From Armatimonadota bacterium (lineage in GTDB: Bacteria > Armatimonadota > Chthonomonadetes > Chthonomonadales > CAJBBX01): a stretch of 64,000 nt of DNA. The notes under the pieces were generated by a model that searched no databases, was not told the DNA's origin, and worked only from the letters and a program-made list of their open reading frames with translations. The position numbers and the translations under genes are program-made. Location of the stretch: positions 64,698 through 128,697 of the forward strand of contig JAPLCQ010000064.1 of NCBI GenBank assembly GCA_026392115.1, written 5' to 3'. This document shows positions 1 through 9,291 of this stretch, piece by piece (within the stretch, counting starts at the first letter, position 1; each line of letters begins with the position of its first letter).

Positions 1-1595
1 GTCAGGGGCGCGACGAGCAGACCCAGTTCGCTACCGTCGCGGAGCCTGCGGCGCAGGGTCAAGGTCAACTCGCGCCCATGGATGTTCGCCTCCCGCAGGA
101 GCAGCGGATTGTCGTTGGAGACGAACCAGTCGGTGTAGGTGGCGGTGACCCACATGCGCGGGTCCACCGTCCAGGAGAGCCCGGCCACCGCGGTCTGGCT
201 GTCCGGGCCGAACATGGCGGTCGTGGGCCAGTCGGTGATCTCGGTACGCAGCTTGAGGTTCTCGTACGCGTACTCTCCGAAGGCGACGACCTTGGGGCCC
301 AACTGCAGGCTGCCGCCGGCCTGCAGGGCGCCGGCTGCGGAGCGCGCGTACCGCTCGGCGTTCTCCTGCACCTTGTAGGAGCTCGCGAGGTAGCCGGTGG
401 CGCTGGCCATGCAGGTCTCCAGACGGGCCGAAACGTTGGTGCGGCGGTTCCAGTAGAGGGAGCGCGTGTCTTCCTGCGCGGCGAGCGGCGAACCGGCGAG
501 CCACTGGGAGCCGGCCTTGAGCGTGATCCTGGTCTGGGAGCTCAGGAGCCCGCGCAGCCGGGCGTCGATCGTGGTCCAGCGCGGCACATCGACATAGGTG
601 CGGGTCTGGTTCAGCCGCATGATCTCGCGGCTGCGGAGGCCCACTTCGGCGTTCCAGTGGGCCCAGCGCTTCTGCAACCGCGCCGAGCCGCCCTGGTTGC
701 GAGTGACGGCCATCGTGGCGGAGGCCGGGTTGCCGATGGTCTCGCTGGTGGCGTCCAGGCTCAGGTTGCCCAGACGGCCTAGGGTGGCGTCGGCCATGAG
801 GCCGGCGGACTCCACGGTGGCCTGAGGCAGGGCCCCCTGGCGAATGAGCGTGCGGGAGTAGCTGCCGCCAGCGTCAACAGAGGGCGTCGCCTGCACCACG
901 TAGGATACGGTGGCCTGCTCCACGGTGGAGGAGGGCAGGACCGCGGTGCGATCATGGAAGTTGGAGCTGGAGTAGCCGCCGGAGATGAAGCCGCGCCCCG
1001 CCTTGCCGTAGGCCTGGACGTCGAGGGTGCGCGAGCGCTGGTACTGTGCGGCGCGGGGCACGCTGAACGTCTGCGTCTGCGACTCCATCCGGTAGGACGA
1101 GGCGATGACGAACGACGGGCTGATCCGCTGGGCGACGTTCCAGCCGGACACCTTCCGCTCGCTCTCGCCTTGGGGCTCGGGAGTGTCGGGCAGGTACCGG
1201 CTGCGCGTATAGTAGGCGTCGGCCCGCAGGCGGCCGAACATCTCGTCGGCGTTGCCGCGGTAGCTGTAATCATCGGCGCCCACGCCGCGCAGGGTGACGC
1301 CGCCCTGGCCGCTGCCCCAGCCGGCGCGGGAGCGGAGGCTCAGTTCCTCGATGAAGAGGAGCTTGGGCGGCGTGGCGTAGCGGCGCAGCGTGTTCTGGTT
1401 GCCCGAGAGGCCCAGGTCGCCGAAACCCAGGGTCAACGCGCCGGCCACGGGCAGGAGCGGCTTGGCCTTGGCCTCTTCGGTCTTCTGCTCATCCTCCGCG
1501 GGGGCCTTGTCCTGCGCCCACGCGGCTCCGCTGGGCGCCAGAACGGCGGCGGCGGCGGCCATCACGAGCAGTTCACGTACCCACGTTCTCCTCAT
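1..1595 (-). CDS. Outer-membrane beta-barrel protein, 3' end cut by the window edge (candidate MtrB/PioB-like porin partner of the adjacent decaheme cytochrome)
   Basis: Absent from the ORF track because it has no stop in the window. Reading the minus strand from the ATG at 1595 (GGGAGG 10 nt upstream) gives an uninterrupted frame down to position 3 (531 codons). The N-terminus MRRTWVRELLVMAAAAAVLAPSGAAWA/QDKAPAEDE is a signal peptide. It is followed by Tyr/Gly/Ser/Thr/Arg-rich alternating segments typical of large OM barrels (FVIASSYRMESQTQTF, LDVQAYGKAGRGFISGGYSSSNF, VVAFGEYAYENLKLRTE). The porin-partner role rests on gene order only. Confidence 0.6.
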   Translation of the reverse strand, partial: MRRTWVRELLVMAAAAAVLAPSGAAWAQDKAPAEDEQKTEEAKAKPLLPVAGALTLGFGDLGLSGNQNTLRRYATPPKLLFIEELSLRSRAGWGSGQGGVTLRGVGADDYSYRGNADEMFGRLRADAYYTRSRYLPDTPEPQGESERKVSGWNVAQRISPSFVIASSYRMESQTQTFSVPRAAQYQRSRTLDVQAYGKAGRGFISGGYSSSNFHDRTAVLPSSTVEQATVSYVVQATPSVDAGGSYSRTLIRQGALPQATVESAGLMADATLGRLGNLSLDATSETIGNPASATMAVTRNQGGSARLQKRWAHWNAEVGLRSREIMRLNQTRTYVDVPRWTTIDARLRGLLSSQTRITLKAGSQWLAGSPLAAQEDTRSLYWNRRTNVSARLETCMASATGYLASSYKVQENAERYARSAAGALQAGGSLQLGPKVVAFGEYAYENLKLRTEITDWPTTAMFGPDSQTAVAGLSWTVDPRMWVTATYTDWFVSNDNPLLLREANIHGRELTLTLRRRLRDGSELGLLVAPL

Positions 1596-1627
1596 GTTGT
1601 TTGGACCTCCCTTCGCGCCGTGGCGGC

Positions 1628-2680
1628 CTAGCGTACGAGCAGGTTCGGGTCTCGGTTCGACCCGTGAAGCGCGGCGTGGCATCCCGAAGCCCAGCAGGTC
1701 TGGCCCGGGTAGTGGGTGGCGTTCTTGTCCGTGTGGCACTGGTTGCAGAGCCCGCGGGAGAAGGCGCCCAGCATCTTCGGGTTGGTGGCGCCGTGGGGCT
1801 TGTGGCACTCGACGCAGCCGTCGCCGGATGCGCCGGTGACCGGATCATGCGGGTACACGAAGGGGCCGGCGACTTCGCGATGGCATGTGGCGCAGACCTG
1901 CGTCGGGTTCTTGAGCCCGACCCGCATGGAACCCTTGCGGAGGCTGGTCCGGGTGGGATGCGGCTCATGGCAGTCGCTGCAGGTCATGCGGCCTTCGGGT
2001 ACGGGATGATGGTAGGGCTGCCGGAACTGGGCGACGTCGGCCTTGTGGCAGGAGCCGCAGAGGTCGGCCTCGTGATCCTTCAGCAGGTGCTGGGTCTCTT
2101 TCACGGCCACCGCGGTGGGCTTCCGGATGCTCTGGGCGTCGCGGGTGGCGCGGGCGGCCGGATCGCTCTGCTTGGCGTCCTTGTGGATGAAGTGGCACGA
2201 GCGGCAGGAGACGTCGCCGCGGGCGTGGGCCGTCTTCTTCCAGTGCGACTCGGACATGGTCCGGGAGTGGCATCGCAGGCACATGGCGTTCACATCGGCC
2301 GGGGAGGCCTTGCTCGGCGCGAAGATGTGCTTCTGCAGTTCGCCCTCTTCCTGGTTCTCCAGGTGGTTCTTGCCCGGCCCGTGGCAGGACTCGCAGCCGC
2401 GGTGGTCGACCGGCAGCTTGGAGTCGCGGACGTACTGGGCGTGGGGCGAAGCCTCAAAGCTCTCCAGATACGCGGGATGGCATCCGCCGCAGGTCTTCTC
2501 GCCCAGGTAATCCTCAGCCGCGGCGCCCGCGTGGAGCGCCACAGGGAACGGCGCCTTCTTGGGGGCGGCCGGTTTGGAGGATGACGCCTGCCCAACGAGG
2601 GACACGCCGGCCAGTGCGGCCATGGACAACGCCATCGCAACCGAGGGCCAAGCCCGCAGCCAGTGCTTGATGTGCATCAT
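1628..2680 (-). CDS. Periplasmic decaheme c-type cytochrome (MtrA/DmsE/PioA-like)
   Basis: ORF 1628..2824, with the likely true start at the ATG at 2680 (MMHIKHWLRAWPSVAMALSMAALAGVSLV signal peptide). The sequence GGAGGCAAGGAG lies immediately upstream. There are nine CXXCH motifs (CGGCH, CESCH, CLRCH, CRSCH, CGSCH, CSDCH, CATCH, CVECH, CNQCH) plus a terminal CWASGCH-x3-HGSN. At about 350 aa this is the size and heme density of MtrA-type proteins. Confidence 0.85.
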   Translation of the reverse strand: MMHIKHWLRAWPSVAMALSMAALAGVSLVGQASSSKPAAPKKAPFPVALHAGAAAEDYLGEKTCGGCHPAYLESFEASPHAQYVRDSKLPVDHRGCESCHGPGKNHLENQEEGELQKHIFAPSKASPADVNAMCLRCHSRTMSESHWKKTAHARGDVSCRSCHFIHKDAKQSDPAARATRDAQSIRKPTAVAVKETQHLLKDHEADLCGSCHKADVAQFRQPYHHPVPEGRMTCSDCHEPHPTRTSLRKGSMRVGLKNPTQVCATCHREVAGPFVYPHDPVTGASGDGCVECHKPHGATNPKMLGAFSRGLCNQCHTDKNATHYPGQTCWASGCHAALHGSNRDPNLLVR

Positions 2681-2839
2681 CTCCTTGCCTCCGGGTGAAC
2701 TCCATACGGCGGTCCGCCGAATCGTGAGCCGTGTAACGCAAGTGCGGCCGCATGTGCGAAGCATCATACCAATACCTAGCGTGTCTACGCAAGGGGATGG
2801 GCGGCTCCCTGTGCTGTTTCTCACAAACCGGCGGGCCGG

Positions 2840-4753
2840 CTAGGGCCAGAACTCGTAGGTCTGGACATTCAGCGCCATGCCGAGCAGCGTCCAGCTACAG
2901 CCCACGGCGAACTCGCCCAGCATGAGCCCGAAGAAGAAGAGCGTGGCGGCCCGGTAGCCCGACAGGCCCCGCCACTTAAGGATGGCGCCTTTGCAGAGGC
3001 TGCCGATGAGGATCGGCAGCCAGAGGTTGGCCATGCCCCAGCTGTTGGCGGCGGCGTAGGCCAGCGGATGGAACGGCAGACCCAGGAGCCGCTGACGCAA
3101 GGCGCCCAGGGCCGCCGCAACCGCGCAGCCGGCCAGCATGGCCATGCGGTCGCCGGGCATGGGAGGCGCGGGGCTGTTGAGCCACGTCGAGAGGTTCACG
3201 CTGAAGGCTTCCCGCGCGTAGCCCACGCCCCACATATTGACGGAGGCGGTGGCCGCTCCCACGCGATAGAAGCCGTGCAGAAAGACCGCCCAGCAGATCG
3301 GCACGGCCACCAGCCCGGCCAATCCCACGGCGAAGGCCATGGCGCGGCGGTCGGCCTCGGCGTTGCCTGCCACCTTCAGGGCCTCCAGCGCGTGCGGCAT
3401 GGGGTGGCCCCGGTAGGCTCGGCTGGTCCAGTGGAGCATCGCGAACATGCCCAGTGTCGGCTTGTCGAACGCTTCGGCGCCCAGGTTCCGCACCAGGGCG
3501 TTGACCGGGCCCATCTGGTGCATGTCGTGGACCGGGAAGCCGAACTCGGCGCGTATGCGCGTGATGAGCACCGAGAGTGCGCCGAAGAGCGTCAGGAAGA
3601 GGACCGCCACCCAGGGCTTCATGCCCGCGATCACCAGGAAGCCGAAGAGGAGGCAGACGGAGCCGGCCAGGCCCGCGGCCGCCAAGCGTGTTGAGCGCGC
3701 TTCGGCTCCGCCTCCCGCCGCCGAGCGCCAGACGGCCGCCAGCTGCGCCCGAAGCCGCCACGCCGCCGCCGCGAAGACCCACATATAGGCGCCGAACGCC
3801 TGCGAGTCGGCGTAGGGCGCCCGGCTCTCCGGCGGAAGCCCCATGTTCGCCACGACGAGCAGCTCGGCTCGATAGAGGAGATAGAAGAGGCTCAGCGAGG
3901 CGCTCAGGTCCAGCGGCATCAGGAATCCCAGGGTGATGGCGAAGAAGTAGAACGCCACCGTGATGGTCGATACGGGCTGCATGGGTCCCGATGGTATGAG
4001 CAGGATGTACTGGCGCTTGATGGGGATGGCCGGTATGGCGGGGTAGAGCGCGTTGAGGCCGTTCAGCAGCGTGACGCCCGCGGCCACCGCGAAGCCGATC
4101 CAGAAGACGCGGCTGGCGTAGAGCGCCCGGGGGTGCTGTGCCATGGCAAGCGGCAGGGCCACGATGGGGAACGTGAGGCGCTCGTTCTCGGCCCAGGCCC
4201 GCCGGAGCAGCGCCGAGGCGCAGAGCATTGCGAGCATGGCGGCCCAGAGCGCCAGCGTCCAGACGAGCACGGGCAGGGCCCAGGCGCGCATCGCCTCGGG
4301 CGTCCAGAAGCTGGAGTTGCCGCGGAAGAAGCCGCTGACGGCCTCCTTCGGCCCGACCAGCAGCCACGGCGGCATGGCGCCGTCGAAGAGCGATGACCAG
4401 CGGTTGGCCTTGTCGGCGAAGTAGGCCGGATAGCCCAGCTCGGTGACCAGGATCGACTGCAGGTCGCAGGAGAGCATCGCCGAGCCCACCGAGACCATGG
4501 CGTAGACCGCCAGCGTCTCCAGCCCGGTGAGGGCCGCCCGCGGGCGGTGCGCCCGGAGCCAGAGGTTGCCCAGGCTCACCAGCAGCAGGATGTAGACGGC
4601 GTGGCAGAACGGCGCGGCCAGCGTGACGAAGGAGTACCGGACGATCTCGCCCCAGAAGACCCAGTGCGCCGACAGCCAGATGAGCGCCACGCCCAGTATC
4701 AGGGCGCGGGCGCGGATGGGAGGACCGGCTACTGCGTTTGGGTGCTCTGCCAA
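2840..4753 (-). CDS. Large polytopic inner-membrane protein, function unknown
   Basis: 637-codon ORF starting at a TTG at 4753 with GGAGGG 8 nt upstream. It is hydrophobic throughout, with more than 12 predicted helices by eye (LILGVALIWLSAHWVFW, VYILLLVSLGNLWL, WALPVLVWTLALWAAMLAMLCASALL and others). I did not recognise a catalytic motif. Confidence 0.75.
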   Translation of the reverse strand: MAEHPNAVAGPPIRARALILGVALIWLSAHWVFWGEIVRYSFVTLAAPFCHAVYILLLVSLGNLWLRAHRPRAALTGLETLAVYAMVSVGSAMLSCDLQSILVTELGYPAYFADKANRWSSLFDGAMPPWLLVGPKEAVSGFFRGNSSFWTPEAMRAWALPVLVWTLALWAAMLAMLCASALLRRAWAENERLTFPIVALPLAMAQHPRALYASRVFWIGFAVAAGVTLLNGLNALYPAIPAIPIKRQYILLIPSGPMQPVSTITVAFYFFAITLGFLMPLDLSASLSLFYLLYRAELLVVANMGLPPESRAPYADSQAFGAYMWVFAAAAWRLRAQLAAVWRSAAGGGAEARSTRLAAAGLAGSVCLLFGFLVIAGMKPWVAVLFLTLFGALSVLITRIRAEFGFPVHDMHQMGPVNALVRNLGAEAFDKPTLGMFAMLHWTSRAYRGHPMPHALEALKVAGNAEADRRAMAFAVGLAGLVAVPICWAVFLHGFYRVGAATASVNMWGVGYAREAFSVNLSTWLNSPAPPMPGDRMAMLAGCAVAAALGALRQRLLGLPFHPLAYAAANSWGMANLWLPILIGSLCKGAILKWRGLSGYRAATLFFFGLMLGEFAVGCSWTLLGMALNVQTYEFWP

Positions 4754-4843
4754 GGCGTGCGCCCTCCGCCGGGCTCGCCGCGGGCTTCCTGGCGGCCGGC
4801 CTCGCGCATATTCGCCGCGCCGGACCCGGGCTCCTGCCTGGCG

Positions 4844-6091
4844 CTACGCGGCGGCGGCCCGCGGGCCCTCCGTCGCCCGGAGGCGGCGCACCACCCAGAT
4901 GCCTATGGCCAGCAGCGCGGCGTTGAGCACGAAGGGCAGGGCGCGGTTGCTCTGCGACAGGATGCCCGCAACCCAGCCGAAGGGCGTGGTGCAGGCGATC
5001 ACGGTGAGGTGCGCCATGGCCACGATGCGCGCGCGTTCGCGGGCGTCCACGTTGACCACGGCGAGCCGCTCGACCTGCGTGGCCACCACGGAGTAGCACC
5101 CCGCCTCCAGCACCGTGCTGAGCAGCAGCCAGCCATAGCCCCTCTCGGGCACGTTGATCAGCACGAGCTGGCTCACGGCGTAGCCGGCGAAGGCCAGCAT
5201 CATGGGTCGGCCGAAGCAGACGCCCCGCAGCCGCGGCACCACCAGGAAGAGGAAGGCCAGCATGATGAGCGACCGCGCGAACGGATAGAGCGCGATATGC
5301 CCGGCGGGGATGTGGATGCGCTCGGTGACGATGATCGACCAGAAGGTCCCCTGCACCATCGTGACGATGCTGACGACGACCATGAGCGCGATGGTGAAGA
5401 GCGTGTGCGGCGCAGAGCGGATCTGCCGCAGGACGCCGCGATACTCACGGAGCAGCGACGCCACGGAGCGGCCCCGCGTCTCCTCCATGCGGACGGCGCC
5501 CTGCCGGGTCTCCGAGACCATGCCGTTGAGCACGATGAACTTGGTGGTCATCATCACGCAGGCCAGCACATACATGCCCCGCACCGAGGGAACCAGCGTG
5601 AAGTGCGTGATCAGCACGCCCGCCACCGGCGCGAAGAAGACCGCCATCTGCCCGGCGATGAAGGAGAGGGCGTAGATGTGCATCAGGTCTTCGGGGTTGG
5701 TGTCCTCCACCAGCAGGCAGTTCCACGAGATGTCGGGCACCTTGCGCAGGCTGTTCACCAGCCCGGCGGCGATGAACCAGCGGATATCCCGTGCGCAGGC
5801 CCAGAGCAGGCAGGGGATGGTCCAGGCGAGGATGTCGAACACCAGCGTTGCGCGCTTGCGGCCCATCTTGTCGATGATGACGCCCGCCAGCAGCGCCATC
5901 GCCACCTGTCCGGCCATGGCCACGCTGGTGACGAAGCCCACCTGGCTGTCGCGCAGGCCCAGAGCCAGCATGTAGACCGACGCGTACGGCGCGAAGAGGT
6001 TGAACGGGATGCCCCAGAGCGGCTCGGTGATGATCGCGCCGCGGGCGTTGCCCCGGAGCCCGCGCAGGGTGCCGACAAGGGTCTCAGACAA
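4844..6091 (-). CDS. MFS transporter
   Basis: 415 aa. The MFS loop motif is present (GVIIDKMGRKRATL) and the protein has a 12-helix-like hydrophobic pattern. The start (TTG at 6091) overlaps the upstream gene stop by 8 bp and is not certain. Confidence 0.8.
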   Translation of the reverse strand: MSETLVGTLRGLRGNARGAIITEPLWGIPFNLFAPYASVYMLALGLRDSQVGFVTSVAMAGQVAMALLAGVIIDKMGRKRATLVFDILAWTIPCLLWACARDIRWFIAAGLVNSLRKVPDISWNCLLVEDTNPEDLMHIYALSFIAGQMAVFFAPVAGVLITHFTLVPSVRGMYVLACVMMTTKFIVLNGMVSETRQGAVRMEETRGRSVASLLREYRGVLRQIRSAPHTLFTIALMVVVSIVTMVQGTFWSIIVTERIHIPAGHIALYPFARSLIMLAFLFLVVPRLRGVCFGRPMMLAFAGYAVSQLVLINVPERGYGWLLLSTVLEAGCYSVVATQVERLAVVNVDARERARIVAMAHLTVIACTTPFGWVAGILSQSNRALPFVLNAALLAIGIWVVRRLRATEGPRAAAA

Positions 6092-7760
6092 GGTTGGAGG
6101 GCTTCCGCGGCTCGATCTGTAGGAGGCGCTCCGGCAACTGGATCTGCAGCAGCCGCTCAGCCCGAGCCGGGGCGGCGGCCGGCTCGTTCAGGAAGGCGGC
6201 CAGTTCGGCGTCGGTGTGGCGGTCGACGAACTCCGCGAAGGCCTCGCCCTGGCCGCGCAGCCCGCCGAAGGCGCCGAGCAGCCGCTCGATGGCGAGATGC
6301 ACCGTCTCGGCCGGCGCCTTGCGGAGGATCGGCCGGGCGAAGCGCGCATCGGCGCCCATGCGGCCTCCCAGGCTGATGTCGTAGGCCTCCACGCGCTCCT
6401 CGCCCACCCGCACCACGCAGCCCTGGAGCCCGATGTCCGCGATGGCGTGGCGGCCGCAACCGTTGGGGCAGCCGTTCACGTTGATGCGCAGCGGCTCATC
6501 GGCGGTCCGGGCCGCCTCGAGGCGCTCCACGATGTCGGTCAGGCGCTGCTTCGTCTCGGTCAGGGCCAGGTTGCAGAACTCGGACCCGGTGCAGGCCACG
6601 GCCGTGCGGCGGATGGCCGTGGCGTCCCACCGCAGACCCGCCTGGCGCAGGGCGGAAAGGGCGTCGTCCAGGCGGGCCGCCGGGATGTGCGGCACGATGA
6701 GGTTCTGCTGGTTGGTGGCGCGCAGCTCGCCGGCGCCGAAGCGCTCCGCCACGTCGGCCGCGGCATCCATCTGCTCGGCGCCCAAGCGCCCGGTTAGCAC
6801 GGCGAGGCCCACCCAGCGGAGGCCGGGCGTCTTCTGCTCATGGATGCCCAGATGGTCGTCGCAGGCGGCGTCCGGTCCCTTGTCGGGCAGCGCGGGAGCG
6901 GGCCTGAAACCGAGGCGTTCGCTCAGCTCGTCCAAGAAGCGCCCGGGACCCCAATCCTCCATCAGGAACTTGAGGCGCGCGTGGTTGCGCCGCTCGCGGT
7001 AGCCCTGATCGCGGAATATTCGCGCCACGGCCACGCAGGCGGCCGCCACATGGTGCGGCGGCAGCAGGGCGTCGAGCCACCGCGAAAGGCGGGGCTGCGA
7101 GCTGAGACCGCCGCCCACGCGCAGGTGGTAGGCCACGCCGTCGGGGGCCTCGGCGGCCATGGGATGGCCCTGCGGCAGGCGAACGGCGCAGGCGCCCACG
7201 TCGTTGATCTCGGGCAGGTGGCACTGCTGCGGGCATCCGGCCGCGGCCATCTTGTACTTGCGCGGCAGGTTCGAGAAGTCGCGGTTGCCGAGGAAGGCCC
7301 GCTCCAGTTCGGCCACGACGCCCGAGGCGTCGCACAGCTCGTGCGGGTCCAGACCGGCAACGGGGCAGCCGAGGACGTTGCGGGTGATGTCGCCGCAGGC
7401 GCCCACGGTGGAGATGCCGACCGCGCCGAGCCGGGCGATGGCTTCGGGGATGTCGGCGATGGTGAGCCAGTGGAACTGGATGTTCTGCCGGGTGGTGATG
7501 TCGGCGATGCCCCTGCCGAAGTCGCGGGCGATTCCGGCCATGGCGCGCCACTGGGCCGCCGTGACGCCGCCGCCGGGCATCCGGACGCGCATCATGAAGT
7601 GGCCGGCGCGGGGCTGCTGCTCGTAGACGCCGTACCAGCGCATGCGCAGCATATCGTCGGGCGGGATGGCGTCGTAGCCGAGGCGGCTGTACCGGAGCAG
7701 GTCCGGCCAGACGTCGAGCGGGTCCTTGTCCAGCTTGATCTGCTCCACCGAGTTCGCCAT
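6084..7760 (-). CDS. Ferredoxin-dependent sulfite/nitrite reductase (siroheme/4Fe-4S, NirA/Sir family)
   Basis: 558 aa. The two-repeat nitrite/sulfite reductase architecture is visible (RMRWYGVYEQ..., TTRQNIQFHW). The cluster and siroheme cysteine motifs are present (CTGSEFCNLALTETK and VNGCPNGCGRH). Substrate (sulfite versus nitrite) cannot be decided from sequence alone. Confidence 0.9.
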   Translation of the reverse strand: MANSVEQIKLDKDPLDVWPDLLRYSRLGYDAIPPDDMLRMRWYGVYEQQPRAGHFMMRVRMPGGGVTAAQWRAMAGIARDFGRGIADITTRQNIQFHWLTIADIPEAIARLGAVGISTVGACGDITRNVLGCPVAGLDPHELCDASGVVAELERAFLGNRDFSNLPRKYKMAAAGCPQQCHLPEINDVGACAVRLPQGHPMAAEAPDGVAYHLRVGGGLSSQPRLSRWLDALLPPHHVAAACVAVARIFRDQGYRERRNHARLKFLMEDWGPGRFLDELSERLGFRPAPALPDKGPDAACDDHLGIHEQKTPGLRWVGLAVLTGRLGAEQMDAAADVAERFGAGELRATNQQNLIVPHIPAARLDDALSALRQAGLRWDATAIRRTAVACTGSEFCNLALTETKQRLTDIVERLEAARTADEPLRINVNGCPNGCGRHAIADIGLQGCVVRVGEERVEAYDISLGGRMGADARFARPILRKAPAETVHLAIERLLGAFGGLRGQGEAFAEFVDRHTDAELAAFLNEPAAAPARAERLLQIQLPERLLQIEPRKPSNLV

Positions 7761-7869
7761 CGTGCCTCCCGCCTTGCCGCGGCCCGAGAAGCCGCAGGCA
7801 AAATCCTACCCGAAGCGACGACGGAGGGGGTACGGCGAACAGGCCGATGGGTAGACCTCGCCGGGCGGC

Positions 7870-9168
7870 CTACCTGGCTACCGGCGCCGGTCGTCCCTTC
7901 ACGAGATCGGTGAACCAGGCCTCGCATCGCTTCGAGTAGGCGCCGTGGTCGCCGCCATGGCCCGTGTTGGGCATGACGACCACCTCTTTCGGACCCTTCA
8001 ACTCGTTGGTCATGGCGAAGACGCCCGGCGCCGGGCAGGTCACGTCCACAAGCCCCAGGCCGACGAGGATGGGGCGCTTCACGCGGGAGGCGAAGTTCAC
8101 CACGTCGAAGTAGCGCGATGCGGCGCGCACCCTGGCCACATCCTTCCCATCGGTGGCCCAGTACCACATGGGCCAGCCCGCCGCGCGCCCGGCTTCGGGA
8201 CCGTTCAGATCGCAACCCGCCGGCACATCGGCGACGCCCGCGGTGATCTTCGGATGGAGGGCGGCGGTGACGATGGTCTGGAGCCCTCCCTGGCTCCCGC
8301 CGGTCACCACCAGCACCTTGCCGTCCCAGTCGGGACGCCGCGCCAGGTACTCGGCTGCCCGGTAGCACGAGAGGTACATGCGGAGGAAGTAGCTGGTCTC
8401 CCGGTCGTCGTTGCCGATGGCCGGGTAGCCCGCCAGGGCGCCGCGCGACTGCTCGTCATAGAACGCCTGCGGCTGGTCGATGGGCAGGTCGTGGGCCTGG
8501 ATGTCCAGCACCAGCCAGCCGGCTTCGGCCCGCCACTGGATCCAGTCGCGCTGGAGCGGGTAGACGCCCGCCCACTGCACGATGAGCATCGCCGGGAACT
8601 TGCCGGGACGCTTGGGCCGGGCGAGCTGCCCGTAGATGTGCGAGCCCCGGATGTTGTCCATGCGGAGCTTGAAGTACTCGATACCCGGCTTGCCGATGTC
8701 GACAGGCTCCAGCACGGGGTTCGCCGGCACCCGCGCGAGGTCGGCCAGCTTGGCCTTCCAGAAGGCGTCGAAGTCGGCCGGGCGCGGGAGCGACGGCCCG
8801 ATGCGGCTCGGGCTGAAGGCGGCTCCGGCCGCCGCGGTGATCTCCCTGGAGGGGAGCTTCGCCTTCAGCTCCAGAAGCAGCGTGCCGGGCTCGTCGAGCT
8901 TCGCCTCGAGCGCGGCCTTGCCGCCGGTCAGCGGAAGGGCGCCCTCCCGCAGTACCTTGAGGCCGTTCTGCTTCAGCACATAGCGAACGTCGGCAGCCCC
9001 CTCGGCGCCGGGGCCGCGGACCTCGATCTCCCACCGGGCCGTCTCGCCGGCGGCGTAGACGGCCCGCGGCTCCGAGGCGGTCGCAACGATCTCCTGCGCG
9101 GCGATCGGCCGCAGCGATGTCAGGCCGACGGCGGCGAGGACGAGGCGTAGCTGGGTTCGCAGGTTCAT
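7870..9168 (-). CDS. Secreted acetyl-xylan esterase / cephalosporin-C deacetylase family (CE7-like)
   Basis: This is the C-terminal 432 codons of track ORF 7870..11145. The start is the ATG at 9168 (MNLRTQLRLVLAAVGLTSLRPIAAQE signal peptide, GGGAG upstream). A GGSQGG nucleophile elbow, the AXE1-like core and a C-terminal HGG are present. The rest of the 1091-aa ORF is antisense shadow of the next gene. Confidence 0.85.
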   Translation of the reverse strand: MNLRTQLRLVLAAVGLTSLRPIAAQEIVATASEPRAVYAAGETARWEIEVRGPGAEGAADVRYVLKQNGLKVLREGALPLTGGKAALEAKLDEPGTLLLELKAKLPSREITAAAGAAFSPSRIGPSLPRPADFDAFWKAKLADLARVPANPVLEPVDIGKPGIEYFKLRMDNIRGSHIYGQLARPKRPGKFPAMLIVQWAGVYPLQRDWIQWRAEAGWLVLDIQAHDLPIDQPQAFYDEQSRGALAGYPAIGNDDRETSYFLRMYLSCYRAAEYLARRPDWDGKVLVVTGGSQGGLQTIVTAALHPKITAGVADVPAGCDLNGPEAGRAAGWPMWYWATDGKDVARVRAASRYFDVVNFASRVKRPILVGLGLVDVTCPAPGVFAMTNELKGPKEVVVMPNTGHGGDHGAYSKRCEAWFTDLVKGRPAPVAR

Positions 9169-9291
9169 GGTTGGCTCCCGATGCGTGGTTGTGCGGCAGG
9201 CCGGATCCGTAGCGACCACAGGTTCGACTCGGCGGCCCGACGCTCCTGCTCCCTCAGAGGACTCCGCCGGCGCCGCGCCGAACATGGCCGC

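Noticed and set aside
2976-5099. 707-aa minus-strand ORF and the 609-aa plus-strand ORF 4547..6376
   Set aside because: These are off-frame or antisense overlaps of the membrane-protein and MFS genes. The translations are Arg/Pro/Gly-rich junk, whereas the chosen frames give coherent transmembrane helices.
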